Shown: positions 27,501-41,147, counted from the first letter of the whole stretch. The stretch: 63,992 nucleotides of DNA, filler included, from Platydemus manokwari (GCA_037951405.1; 6 parts of 6 records of this genome joined end to end with filler, not necessarily neighbours in it); one strand, 5' to 3'. The notes: generated by a model not told the origin, from the letters alone. Translations and numbers: made by a program.

Positions 27501-29106
27501 AGCATAATTAAATAACTGCACAAAGCGCGACTCTAATATCGTATTATACTCATACCGGTGGTTTTAATTGATGTTCCGCAGAACCTAGTGAGATTAGACT
27601 ACGGAGACTGTTAGCAATTTGTGCTCAACTTGTTTCCTGCATAAACAGAAGAACAAAATAGGAATTGGAGCTTAAATATTTTTCTTTCACAAAAGCTATT
27701 TTGGTTATTTGACTTAGGTCCATAGAAATTGATCTTTTGAGATAAAGCCAGAAATAAGATTGTCATTCATCCATTTGTTAAACATCGTGCCCATTAGGTA
27801 GGTCTATATCAATATTTATTTAATATCGCATTATTTAATATCAATATTTATCTAATATCACCTTATTTAATATTAATATTTTTATTAAGCGAAAGCCATG
27901 ATGATAATTATTTTGTTACAATTATTATTGTATGCCTCTAGTGTTTTATAAAGCACGCATTAAAAGCAAACTGAAAATTCGCGACACAAAATTATTTATA
28001 GTAGTCCAATTATTTAAACAAATGAATATATTTTGATATTGATTTATAAAATTTTATAAATTAAAATTTTTAAATCTTCACAATCAATGTTATTATTATT
28101 AATAATTGATATTATCATTGCAATGAATCAATATTTCACTAGCTAATAATTAATTAAAATGCATTGCTGTTTAAATAAATACTCGACAAAAGCAAATTTA
28201 AGAAAATTAAGAAAAATCATTAAAATCATATAATTTGTATTTCAAATAAAATACGAGCTAAAAATCAATTATTTGATAATAAGATCAATTGTTGTGATTA
28301 ATTGTTTATTAGTTTTTAATATTATTATTAACAATATCGAAATTTTAGCACTGACTTGCTTTGTTATTTTATTTTTTCAGAGGTGGTGGATCAATCAAAT
28401 GTCCTGGCACATTGACGACCGATGATTCCCATCAACCCTTTGAATCAAATTCAAATATATCTTCTATTGATGAAACCAATCAATATCACAAGCATGTTAG
28501 TTGGCTTTTAATCTTGTTTTGAATATAGAATAGTGTTTCCCACTATATTTGATTTTAAATACCACATTGAAACGTCCTTGGTTAGATATGTCATTACGAA
28601 AAATATAATAACTTTGTCATTGGTTCTCATTACAATAATGCCATTTTTAATCAGCATAATCTAAACTACTTATATACAAAAATTGTGAAATTGTGTGAAA
28701 TTATTAATAATTATTGATTTGATAAATTAAATTCCATTTTAATCAATAGCCGAAGTCAACTTCTCAGATGTATTTTCACTGGTTCCCAGGATTCATTCAT
28801 TCTGTGCCGAAAAAAACGAATACCGAATACAAAATTCCCGATAATATGCAACAATTGAGTGGAGTCGATGCGAAAGTCGACTGTGCTCTATTAAGCTACC
28901 AGCCACCGTTACCATTGCCATATTATTCACCATTCATGCGAGACGAAGATGCTGCAGATCTGGCAGCTATAGAGCGAGTAAATCGGAAAATATCGCAAAC
29001 CGATAATCTAAATTTGAAGTTGCCGAAAAAAGATTCGATGACCCTCATCGACAATTCCTTCCGAGAATTTCATCCAACTGGACCCAAACCCTCAATCAGA
29101 GATGAA
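24586..29106 (+). CDS. Internal exons of an uncharacterised gene: about 24586-24716, 28381-28495 and 28750-29106 (possible upstream exon 20318-20357)
   Basis: Three AG/GT-bounded exons join in phase: VIPSISLSPIERDT...RDDRNTL | GGGSIKCPGTLTT...QYHKH | PKSTSQMYFHWFPGF...GPKPSIRDE. GC is higher than the flanks; no domain recognised. Confidence 0.6.
27805..27885. repeat. Short tandem repeat, ~16-bp unit (atatcaatatttattt-like), about 5 copies
   Basis: atatcaatatttatttaatatcgcattatttaatatcaatatttatctaatatcaccttattt. Confidence 0.7.
27938..28083 (-). repeat. Dispersed repeat family copy D (inverted)
   Basis: ttttataaagcacgcattaaaagcaaactgaaaa is close to the reverse complement of the ttttcagttcgctttcgatgcgtgttttataaaa core. 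Confidence 0.75.
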
Positions 29107-29521
29107 GTATTTTTGATTTTTTTGTTCATTTTCTCCGAACGCTTGTTTATTAATTTATTTTTATCTAAATCTAACCTAAAATTCTCCTGATATAAATCGA
29201 TCTATTTCATGTGTTTAATTATTTTAATACTTCTCATTATTTCGAAATTAATAACGCTTGAATAATCTTTGGAACTCAGTTGTGAAAAACTTTGATCGGG
29301 TTGTTTCATTTTATGCCGTTATCAAGTCATTACAATCGATTTATCAAAAATCTTTAACAATTGATAATAGCACCTCAGATATTGTCAATCTATCAAGCGA
29401 TATAATTTTTTAAACAATCTCTCAGAAACAACGTAGTAATCGTTTGTAGTAAAACACAGTTTTTGAATAGATTTTGAATTATTTTATTTGCACTTTTATA
29501 TTAAGAAATATTATTATTATT

Positions 29522-29619
29522 ATTGTGAGAATTTGTAAGTGAATTAAAGATTTAATTTAATACAAAATTTGGTTTTATATAAAATCATATTTATTTGTTT
29601 ATATAATTGTATTTAAGTA
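29522..29619 (+). repeat. Dispersed repeat family copy E (truncated by the spacer)
   Basis: After (ATT)n: attgtgagaat...tatataaaatcatatttatttgtttatataattgtattt. Confidence 0.6.
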
Positions 29620-29719
29620 NNNNNNNNNNNNNNNNNNNNNNNNNNNNNNNNNNNNNNNNNNNNTTAATTAATTAANNNNNNNNNNNNNNNNNNNNNNNNN
29701 NNNNNNNNNNNNNNNNNNN
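29620..29719. other. Artificial contig spacer N44-TTAATTAATTAA-N44
   Basis: Same 100-nt linker. Confidence 0.97.
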
Positions 29720-30564
29720 TACTAAAATTATTATTTTAGTCAATTTTAGTTTGAATGATGACATAATTTTCAAAATAAATTCATTGTATAAACGAATTAT
29801 TTTTCTTCATCTAAAAAAATCTATTTGTATACTGCTTATTATTTATTTTAAAATTGTTGATATTAAGATTTAATAGCCATTTATTGATTTGAATTTAAAT
29901 GATCATTAATTTTGTTTAAAATGGATATTTGGCAACTCTAAACCAATTATCAAAACTAAAGTTGGAATATCTTATATGAATATTTCTTGGTGAATATTTC
30001 CATTAGAAACTTGATACAATGTTCCCAAGAACGTTATGATTTTATGTTAAGAACGAAATTTGTATTTCTGGATATTGTCCTTGTTTCGGTAATCACTTTT
30101 ATTGATTTTATCCAGTTTCCAGCTCATATGCATTTGTTGCTTTTTGGGTGCCATCAATGCACAGCTGATATCAAATAATTGTCGTTTGAAATCAGTTTTC
30201 AAAGAATGTTGAAATATGGTATTAATAAAAGATAAAATAGGTCGATATTGTTTTTACTAAGGAAATCAAAATTAAAATTTATTTGATAAAGAAAATTCTT
30301 CAAAAATCACACAGTGATAAACTATAAATGATTTTTCATTTTTGTTATTTTAGTTCTCATAAATTAAAAACCATTTATTCTCGTGGAAAGTTTGCAGATC
30401 TATAAAATTTTCGTAACATTAAATAAGTTGAGAATCTTTATTTGAATTATGAAATTAATTTTGCAATAAATGTGGTTCTCAGTTTTCATACGGTATCTGT
30501 GACGAAACAGTGATTTTGAAAATACATTTTTAAATATCGAATTACGTCGGTTGTTGATATAGAC

Positions 30565-30991
30565 CAGTGATTCCCAAAGTGGCCGCTACTACCCCCCGGT
30601 GAGCGCTGCAAGGATCCAAGGGGGAGATAATACTATAAGAATGTAAGAAAATGATTATTAAAAATTTTGATGTATCTCGTTTGCTCAAAACGCTTAATTT
30701 GTCTTTGAACAACGTACTGTACGTTCTCATTAATTTTTATTAAAGTATGTGTAATAGCACACTGAATGCTACTGCTTGTGCGCTTTGTCGCTTGCAACGC
30801 CAAGGTCTGGTAGTAGAGCGGTAGTATTTCTGGGATTCCCCGTAATGATTAACTGAAATTAAACTAAAAGAAAGGTTAGTTTGTTGTGATATATATTTTT
30901 TATATATTTAATGAAAAAGATTTTTTTATAAATTACTACTAAAAGTTTAAAAAATTTGGTGAGTTACGCCCAAAAAGTTTGAGAATCACTT
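30565..30991. mobile_element. hAT (Buster/Charlie-type) MITE, ~427 bp
   Basis: TIRs cagtgattcccaaa / tttgagaatcactt; 8-bp TSD atatagac (30557-30564) and atataggc (30992-30999). Confidence 0.85.
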
Positions 30992-33099
30992 ATATAGGCA
31001 AATGATATACCGTTACATTTTATTCAACAGTTGTGCGTAGGATCTCAACGAAAAATTTTATAATCAGTCCATGATGAATTACTACATAAATTACGTTGAA
31101 TCTGGAAATAAATGATGAATACAAGGATACGTTCCAAATCTGATTAATTTGTTATAAAAAAAACCTAATTTCAATTCCAAATAAAACTAAATGTATCCAA
31201 TATTTTTGAAACGTAAAAAACATCTACTGATTAATAAATGTTCAAGGGAAACATTAAATTATAAAAAAGACACTCAAAAATCATTCGAAATTGCTAAGAA
31301 CAAATTAAAAAAATTCAAAATCAGAAATCGATAATGTTTTTTTCTAACTCTAAATTTATCTGATTATTATGATGACGACTAATGGATTTATTAATGGGTT
31401 TTAATATAGGTAGAAAATTATCGAAATTATTCGATAAAAATAAACATTAAAAGCAATCTAATTGTCTTTGCAACTAATAGATGCTTGTCTAATTCTTTAA
31501 TATTGTTTGAGTAGTTTTTCCATTCAGATTATTTGAATTTAGATGTTAAATAAATCTAAAATTATCTAACTAAAATTTAAGTTGCCTCTATCTCCATTAA
31601 GATTATTTTGACATTCAATTTTAATTATTTTGAATAATTTTCGTTCTACAAGTTTTCAGGCAAAAGTCTGAGTTTAAAATAACAATATTTAAATGAGATA
31701 TACCAATATTTCGCTTTATGGCTTCTTTAATAGATTTATTTTAAGTTAATTGAGATTTTTGGAATTCAATAAGGAAATTCGATTGATTTTCTGACAATTA
31801 AATTTCGAATTAAACAAATTAGGAAAATAAATTTTAATTTTAATTGTGATGTTATCTCTGATTTTTAATAAAATCAATAAGTGAAATTTTATTAAAAAAA
31901 CTTTAAATAAATAATTTTTAAAATTACGAAAATGTATGAGATCTTTTTATTCAATTACTTAATTATTGGCAGAAACTCATTTAAAGTTTATTATTGATGT
32001 CAGAATTCATATATGAATTTAGTTCAGTTAGACTTGTAGAGAAAGAAATGAAGTGAAAATTTTTGCACATTTTAAGTCAAAGAATTTCGATATTGATCTA
32101 GGTTGAAAACTAGTAAATCTACACGAATAAGTTTATGGTGCCACAAATGATTGATCTGAATCTTTATAATGAAGTTCAAAATTACAATTTCATAAAATAT
32201 CGTCAATAGTTTTTCAATTTTATCGACTTATATTATTTATAGACTTTGACCAGAGGAAACATACGGTGAAAACTTAGACTTAAACATTTAAACTTTTATT
32301 GAGGTATTTTGAATTCAAGTACAATTCTTATGCAAAAATTTAGTCAGAACGTTTTATCGTTAAAATAAAATTTATAATAAGTGTTTCTGTTTTAGCATTT
32401 ATTCTCTAAGTTAACAAAGGCACGAGTGACTTGATAATCAAAGTAATACAAATTAAGAACTTTTCTAACAAAGTCTAGACGACAGGCCTTCGTTATAAAA
32501 GTAGTTGAATGTATTCATTAGTTTCTTGCTATTAATAGTAAGGGACGTTATTCAATAAATATTATCACTATGGAATTGTATACATTCCCTATTGACAGTT
32601 TATATCTTTATTGTCTATTTATTTGTAATAAATAACTATTTTGAATTAAGCTTGTGCGATATACTGGAATGTTAGCCACTATAAGGGGTTTATGAGCAAT
32701 GTTGTTAACAATTGTTGCTTATTAATGTCTAGCGTGTTTTATTTCCTATTTCCTGAGTATACATTTATTATTTGTTGCTTTTATTATTTGTTACTATTTT
32801 TTCGGATTCCTTTGAAAATTTGTATTTAAGTAATGCATTTATTTATTTTTAAACCCAATTACAGCTTGTCGGAATAAATTACGACATTTAAATCCTATTT
32901 GTCTCTGAAAGAAAGACAGGAAGCGATTCCATAAGTTTTTATTCATTTTGGTTTTCATAAATTTTTTCGAAAATTTAGTCTTGCTATTCTTGAGAATTCT
33001 TTTTCAATAAAAATATTCTGAATTTGAGATATAAGTGGTAAAGATAATATTTATTTATTTGTATAATTAATATTGCTAATATTATTGTGGAAGAACTCT

Positions 33100-33800
33100 G
33101 ATTTTTAAGCTGGATATTACAATATATAGTCAGAAATTTGCAAAGTGAAACCACGACAAAGTTATAGTCAATTGTTCAACAAAATAAATACAATTTTGAA
33201 TCTGGTTCTGGTTGTTTCAATAATACCTTGTGACGTGACGATTATAACTCTAATGCTGGTACTATACGAACCAATAATTACCACTTAATTGCTTACGTCT
33301 ACAGAATACGTAAATGTTGTTGAGTGAGATGGAATTCTTCAAAAAGAAAAACGGATTTGTACCTCGGAACCCTTGTTTAAGCTCTTCAAACATTTACATG
33401 CCTCCAGAACCATACTGACATAGCAATCAGCCAATCATAATGAAATTAGATGGTAAACGACAATTGAAAAAAGGGGAAAAGCTACACAACAACACACATA
33501 TAGGGATTGACTAATCCCAGCCAAGCAAAAACTTAAAAAACTAATAATAACATGGGAAAACCAATATTGAATCAAAATATGATACAAGATGGCATAAAAA
33601 TTACACTCAGATCGCGAATATGAAAATCGATGTAAAGATAGCCAACTACCAGTTGGAAACCAAATTTTGGTTGATATTTTGTGAAGTGTAGTTTATGTGT
33701 AGGTGTGCTGAATAGCATACAAGAAAATATATTAATGGCCTTCTGATTTGGAGTCAGAGTTTAATTAATTGTTGAGGACCTAACTGTATATACCATCAGT
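33100..33800 (+). mobile_element. Possible Penelope-like element remnant (GIY-YIG region)
   Basis: LDGKRQLKKGEK followed by a broken YIGLT-like motif near 33445-33515 recalls CPLDGKC....VYKA..YIGLT; very decayed. Confidence 0.4.
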
Positions 33801-34899
33801 AAGAAACATTCTTGTATTTTACCATTGTTTTTATACCGCTTTCTCAAACATCACCCACTGTCTCTGTCTCATAACACTTGATTTTCCTAGGGTAACTGGG
33901 TGTTTTCATTATTATTTCACAAAAAGTTAATTTGTACTATAAAAAATGTATTTACAATAAATAAATTTTTTCTTGATGATTATTTTTCCTACTCGTTCAT
34001 AATTAGATGAGTAAAATGCGATTAAGGTAAAGTGTTTCCTATTTTTCATTAATTATTTATACATCTAGCAATATATTACTTATTTTTCGTTAATTATTTA
34101 TGAGTAAAATGGTTGTATTATACTCGATGCTATTTTTGCTTTTTAGTTCATAACTCTCATCACTTCATCTCAATTTATCATTAACTGTACCCAATTTTAA
34201 TCACTACTTTATTCTTTAATTTTTATTCAGATTATTGATCATTTGGTTTCTTAAAAATATTAAATTAAATAAAAATTGTAGAAATTTCGGTATGAATTAT
34301 ACTGACAATATAACATGGTCGAATAACAAGAAAATAAATTCATTTTTAAATGTAATTATAGTATTTGATGTTTTGTTTATATTTCTCAATTTACATATTT
34401 TCTTTATTGGTTAAATAAATATTATTTTCTATCGGACAATACTTTCGTTCCAATTATCAACTTTCATCGTAGTTACTTAAGTGTCTGTAAAGATTATGAA
34501 AGTTTGTTCATGTGTCATTAAAAATTCTAAATGTCCATTGCGATAATCCATCATCAGTGTCATTTATCAGATAGAATCAAATATTTACAATTTCATAATT
34601 CGTTCACTAGTGAGTTTGGGATGGAGTGATTTTTTATAATACCCGTTATGTTTCTATACCTTTAATTGTTATTTCAGATGGTCTTCCTAAATCCTTGTGT
34701 AAATGGAAAAATTAGTATAATGCTTAATACTTTTCAATATATTATAGGTAGCTACTTTGTTAATATTTAGTAACATTTATCAACTCGGTAACCAAGGCCA
34801 TCTATATCAATAGAGATGTCAAACAAAGTAACAGTCTTTATGCGCTTCTATTCAATATCAGAACCATCTATTCAATATCTGAAACAGATTGCATAGCTA

Positions 34900-37150
34900 T
34901 GCTATATATGAACCGTTATGGAATTTAACCTATTTAGCCTATTTATAAAAAGGATAAAGAAATATCATAAATAAGGAATAAGAATTAGTGCAAATACCCG
35001 GAAATCTTACTATCATTAAAACTTTTTTCAATATCAGACAAGTATTCGCAGGTTTAAAACAATAACATTCAGTTCTTGTCTCTAGGGAAAAAAATCAATG
35101 CATATTTGACTCTCATATCCAAAATTAATATTTCACTGCGTCAACAACTTTATTCGGAGCCGAGACATTGCCGGAAGCTATCAGGGCATTAAATTTCACA
35201 TTTAAAGAAATATGAGAGAAATTCTTATACTGTACAAAAATGTCAGCAAATTTATATACCAGAATCAAATATGGTAAATGTGAATTCAAATAATTGGGAG
35301 ATAAATATCTCATTCAAACGATAAGCCACACATTTAAAACCATCAACGGTGAAAAGGAAGCCTTTTCAGCCTTACTATTGCAGAATTAATAAGAGATATC
35401 AAACATCGATATCAAAATGGCTCTCGACTAGCTAAATCTAGGATATAAACCAGTCAATTCAAAAACATAGTTGACCAAAATTCGAGTTACAATTATTCAG
35501 TGCGGAAATTTCCATCTCACAACTATCCATCTTGTGTTGAGTGGCGACGAAATCTCTGATAGCTGCTAAGATTTCATTTACTTGCGCATTTAAAACAATT
35601 TTTAGAAGTCAACACGAAAGTATATTTAGCAACAATATTTAAACAAATTATGATTTTTTGATATACCGTGCGATTCATAAGTCTCCGTCTCTAAAACTAA
35701 AATAAAACAACAAAACACAATATAATTTATACCCACATATTTATACCCATTGATATTAATTATTATTCACTAATTAATGTACTTTATTTCTTATTAATCA
35801 GTTACATTATTATAATATGGCGGAAGTAGCTGGCAATGTTAAAATTTCACTTGCGGATAGAGTGTTTATGGTTTGCCATACAAATATATATCAGAGTAGT
35901 GCCAAAGCTTACCAAAAAATTAAACAACATTTCAATCGTACACCACCTGCTAAAAAAATAGTGAAATACTGAAAACAGAAGTTTGAAGAAACTGGAAACT
36001 TATCCACTAGGTTGCAACCAGGAGGACCCTCTGATGAAATCATGAAGGAAAAAGTGGTAATTTTGTAAAATAGAATGATGGCACAAATCAAAGAAATACC
36101 TAATTATCTACCGTTATTTGTTCTTATTGTTATTGTGTTTTTTAGTGCATTAGCTCAATACATTTAGTCTGTTCTTACTGCTGTTTTATTTTAGTTTTAG
36201 AGACTAAGACTTATGAATCGCACGGTACAACCCTGAAAGGTAACAATAATGACAAAGTAAAATTAAATCAACTCAACTAAATCATAAAATAATTCTTTGA
36301 AGAAAAGCATCAGACCAATTTGGAAAATCAAAGATGCCAAAATGGATTTGTGTTTTACAAATACTAATTATCAACAAACCCATTTCTATGGAGAGGTTGA
36401 CATTATCTATAAGTCAATAAATACTAAGATTCCAATTTAAAATTCTGCAGAAATTGTAGGGCAGAAGCCCACGTTTTCACAAAATGATAAACTTCACAAT
36501 AATTCACCTAACAACGTGGTGAAAGTTATTGAAAAATACGAAGAAATGGTGATCTAAGTCAATAAAGAATGTATGCTGTAACATCAAAAGTGCGATTTGT
36601 CTTGCAAATCTTCAACCAAATATAAAGAAGATCTTCTTCATAGACATCAAATTCTGATTCTATACTCGGATCTCCTTGAGATTTACAAACACAAGAAAAA
36701 TTCATAATTATTCCAAACTCCAGAATGAAATTGAGTTTAACTGAATCAATGGTTCATATCCCTGGAACTATCATGACTCGATGTCTCAGAAGGTAGATTG
36801 AGAAGAATCATATTATTTTGTAGAAACCGAATTGAAAGTTAATCTAATCAGAAAAATTGCAAAGAGTTTAAACATCAAATAAAAACACAAGCAATGTCAA
36901 TTCAATGATTGAGAAATTCCAGGACAAAATCACTGAGTAATTACTAGCAATATAAAGAGCCAAATTACTCAGATGAAACTTACGTCCAATTATAGAAAGT
37001 TCTGACTATCCCGATCAATTAAATAACTAGGGAACCTAAATCGATGATGATGAATAACATGACAAGAGAACCAAAAGAAAAGAAAAAGAAAATGTGTAGA
37101 AAACCTGTGATACAAGTAGATACCGATTGCTAATGCAGTTAACAACTCTT
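34900..37150 (+). mobile_element. Possible decayed Penelope-like retroelement interrupted by a Tc1/mariner element
   Basis: QNGFVFY..NYQQ...SM near 36340-36395 resembles the Penelope RT F.F....Y.Q..G.AMG motif; A-rich coding-like sequence on both sides of the insertion. Confidence 0.45.
35666..36225 (+). mobile_element. Internally deleted Tc1/mariner-superfamily element (DD37D/DD41D-like N-terminus)
   Basis: TIRs of about 45 bp, ccgtgcgattcataagtct..gtctctaaaactaaaataaaaca / tgttttattttagttttagagac..agacttatgaatcgcacgg, flanked by TA on both sides. Internal MAEVAGNVKISLADRVFMV...KQHFNRTPPAKKIVKY*KQKFEETG is an HTH (DUF4817-like); no catalytic domain. Confidence 0.9.
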
Positions 37151-38475
37151 GTTGAAAAAAATTGTATTTTTGAATAAATTTTCATATTTTCATTTGGTTT
37201 CCATATCAACCTATTCATCAAAATATCGATTAAATAATATATAGTCTTACCTATTCTTTACACAACCGACATTTTCATTTTCAACCGCAAACAGCCGCTA
37301 AAATTTGAATTTGTTTAAACCGCATGATAACTCTAAACAGATTTGAGATGATAAAATTAAACTGGAGTTAAATATAATTTCAATTTATTTTTATATAAAT
37401 ATTTCATTTATAACATTGAAGTTTTATATTTTTAAAATTAATTTAAGCTTTTTATTCTTCCGTATAATCAAACTATTAATTAGCCAAAATGAAATCGTGC
37501 AATTATGAGTTGTGAAATATTGACAGTTCTTGAGTGCTTCTCAAACAACATCGGATTTAATCAATAAATTCGTATTGGTTATAACTTAATAAATTATATG
37601 TTCATAAAATAATTATATCGGTTAATTTTTTTGCCACGATTTTCTTATATGGCTTCATTATTGAAAGTCGACAATTTCTACTAATTAGCACTGTAACTAT
37701 AGCAACGTCATATCAACAGAAAAATCATAGACAAACTAGCCTACTTTTTAATGAAACTCACTTATTTATGTTTAAATTTTGATTATCAAATTGGTCAAAG
37801 AATATCAACGATTTCTGTGAAAATTGATTGGAACCCATAGACCAATTGTAATAATACAAATTTAAGAAAATAAGAGCGATTCGTAAATAATTTGGAAATC
37901 TGATCCCAAATTTGTTTTGATGTAAGATATACAATATATCAGAACAGTTTTACTCGGTATAGGAAAGTCAATTTAATTTTTGATTTTAACAATATAATAT
38001 TGGTTGCTTTCTCTGGACATTCTCAGAGCGAAATAGCCAGTAAATAAGATTAATTCGTATTCATATTTTAGTTCATTTCTTTCATTAAATATTCATTATT
38101 ATTAAATATCGCTTATTCGTTTTCTTTAATTACTGAAGGACTTATTTTTCTCAACTTGGACAGGAAAATGTGAACTTAAAAAAGAAACCATCGAAAATTG
38201 ATTGTATTTGAGATGATTTAATAGAATTCTTTTTGAGTTGAATTAATTGTCAAGATAATTTCATTTTCGATTCTTTTTGGTGAGTCTATGTTTTTGTCTA
38301 GCATGGAAAATTTAGTTTTTAATAATAATCCACGATAAGATTGTTATAACAAGTTATTTTAATTATTTTATGATATAATACTACCAATAATAATACTAAT
38401 AATAATAATGATAATAATACTAATAATAATATACGTTGTTGCGGGAAGAGTTTTATCATATCAACAAAATATCAG

Positions 38476-38665
38476 AGAATTTAATTCCATCAGTATATTT
38501 TCAAATTCTCAAAGAGATACTAAAAAATAAAAATATATTGTTCTATTTATAGATTCGTATGAAGGTCAAAAAGAATTTAATTCCACCAGTATATTTTCAA
38601 ATCCTCAAAGAGATACTCTGAAATAAAAATATTTTGTTCTATTTATAGTGTCATATGAAAGTTAG
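38476..38665 (+). repeat. Tandem duplication, ~95-bp unit x2
   Basis: agaatttaattcca.cagtatattttcaaat.ctcaaagagatact....aataaaaatat.ttgttctatttatag occurs twice. Confidence 0.9.
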
Positions 38666-39817
38666 TGAATCATTAAATCATCGTGGATTTCTTAAAAAAA
38701 ATGTGCTTGTATAACTTTTTTGCATAAAACTAGAAACTATATCACGATTATTAGTTAAAAGAAATCTTAGATTTCTACCCAGAGTTGCCTTATCGGCAGT
38801 AAACGCCCTTATTTATAATATGATAACGAAAATGATTTATTTTTTAATAAATAACAAGATTTGAAAGATAATGAATTGCTTCTTAATAACTGTGCTGATA
38901 AAAATATTCATTGATTAATTGTTAGATCATTTTATAACCAATTAAAACAATAACAATACGGTTTCTCCATTTAACAACTTTAAATTTATCATGAATTCCA
39001 AACGAGTATATAATCGAGATTATCATTGTAAAAAATATCAGAAAATTCGCCCCAATGAATGGCCTGAGTTTAATATAATTGGAAATTACAGAGCCCTAAA
39101 TTATGAAACCTCAATTTTTTACAATAAATAATAACTTTATAAAATCATTTCACATTGTGAGCATTAATTTTAATTAAATAATATAATAAATTTTAAAAAA
39201 GTGTTTTAAAATTTATTATATAAAATAAAATAATTTAAAAAGTTATTTTAATATTGTTTTACATAAACCTGATTAAGATGGATATCGAAACTTTCCGGAA
39301 TTATTTGTTTAAAAAAATTGTAATAAGTGTTGGAATAAAATAAATTTTAAGTTCTTCTGTTGAAACATCAATTGCAAGCGAAGTAGCTGCTACTAACACG
39401 CATTATGCTTTTATTGATTGAATTTACAGTCCGTTTTGGAATTTCATATAGATTTCTAATATATCTCAGTCATTTCTACACTGTGTGTCTTTAGATATAC
39501 GTGTCAGCTAATATTCAAAAATAACTTTTGCATATATACAAAACTCCCAAAATTGGAACTCGGTCAATGTTCCGGCTTTTGGAAGTGTTGTTCCAGTTTC
39601 AGGAAGAAGTTAGTTTTAAAATAAAAGATTTGCAATGTACATAATTTCAGATATTTGCTGAAAATTAGATAAATGTATTTCATACACTTAAACAAATAAA
39701 TCTATTCTCTAAACTGAATAACTGGTGATTTTATACGCTTTTAAGTATTGACTGATTAACCAAATTTTATTAATATTTAATTTTACAGGTGGTTGGTGTT
39801 ATAACTAAATAAAATCT

Positions 39818-40135
39818 TTATTTATGTGTTGTGCTGGCTTTTTCTCCTTCCAGTTCATCAATGACCAACTTATTTGCTGAATACTCAGCTGCCTCTAAAG
39901 TGCCTTTAACAAGATTACGAAGGTAGGAATTTTGAGGGCTTTGAAACTTCTGCTTATCTATTTCTCTTTGTAACGTATATGCTTGCATAAGGCAGTCTTC
40001 TGTAAAACAAGGATTAATCTCTATGAATTGGAGCACATTCTCCATTGTCTGCTCTGCATCTTCCAATAATGTGTGCTGACAATTTTCATTTTGAACATTT
40101 TTAACAAGAACCCACGGATTTATTTTCAAAATCAT
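39818..40135 (-). other. Orphan 105-aa ORF within a longer decayed coding-like stretch
   Basis: Globular-protein-like composition and raised GC; flanks (about 39280-40340) look coding but carry stops; no family recognised. Confidence 0.35.
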
Positions 40136-41073
40136 ATCTCATAATATTTGAACAAAAACACAATTATCCGTTCTTCTAAAATTGTAGTACAAGTATAAGT
40201 TAAGAGTATATTCTAGTTTTAGGAAGTTGGTCACTTTTCAGGATGTCTAGTTTGCGAATATTCCAGTCATGGAAGTTATAGTGTGTCTAGTTCATGAAAT
40301 AATGAATGCGTCCGACATTGACATCTTCATGAATACTACAAACTTGATTTTTATTTTATTTTCTGTTAAATTATTTCTTAAAATTTTAATATTTTTGAAA
40401 AAAGATTTAATTTTATAAAGAATCATTGTTTTAAAAATATTTTAAAAATTGTTACTGTGTTGTGATTCTCAAATTTCAGAAAATTTTTATCAATCTTATC
40501 TAATTTGAGACTGAAATTTAAAAAAAGCACTGTAAAAAAATTGAAGTACTATTAATGATAATTTTTCGGTTTTATTTATTGTTATGTTGTTACTATTACT
40601 TATCGTTAAAATAACTTTCACAAAAATCTCATTTTATCTTATTACTGAGAATGATTATTAAAAACTGAATTGTCTATCACAATGTATTTGGTTCAGTTAG
40701 GAGTAGCTTGTAAATTAATTAATACAATTTATTCTTTAAAGGTCATTTGAGTACGTTTTAGAAATTATATTAGGAATTATTTTTTCCTAGAGTTTCAGCT
40801 TCAAATACACTAAAACAAAATTATATACAACTCGTAGACAATTTGAGGAATTTTTCATTCAACATAAAGATACTTTATTTTCGATACAATCAAACGATAA
40901 TCTGAATTTGAATAATTTTGGAGTACAATATATTTATTTAATAAAATAATATTTTTTATCTCCATTGAAATCTATTTATTAAACAGTTCCGACTTTGATG
41001 AGTTCGGTGGTGAATCAGAGCCCTTGGGATTATATTTTATTCAATTTTAATTTTTTGAATTTATCGATACATT

Positions 41074-41075
<2 letters not shown>

Positions 41076-41147
<72 letters not shown>
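41076..41147. repeat. (ATT)n microsatellite at a contig end
   Basis: Perfect att run up to the spacer. Confidence 0.95.

Noticed and set aside
38476-38665. CRISPR-like array among the short repeats (also 27805-27885)
   Set aside because: Simple tandem duplications without unique spacers, in eukaryotic DNA with no cas genes.
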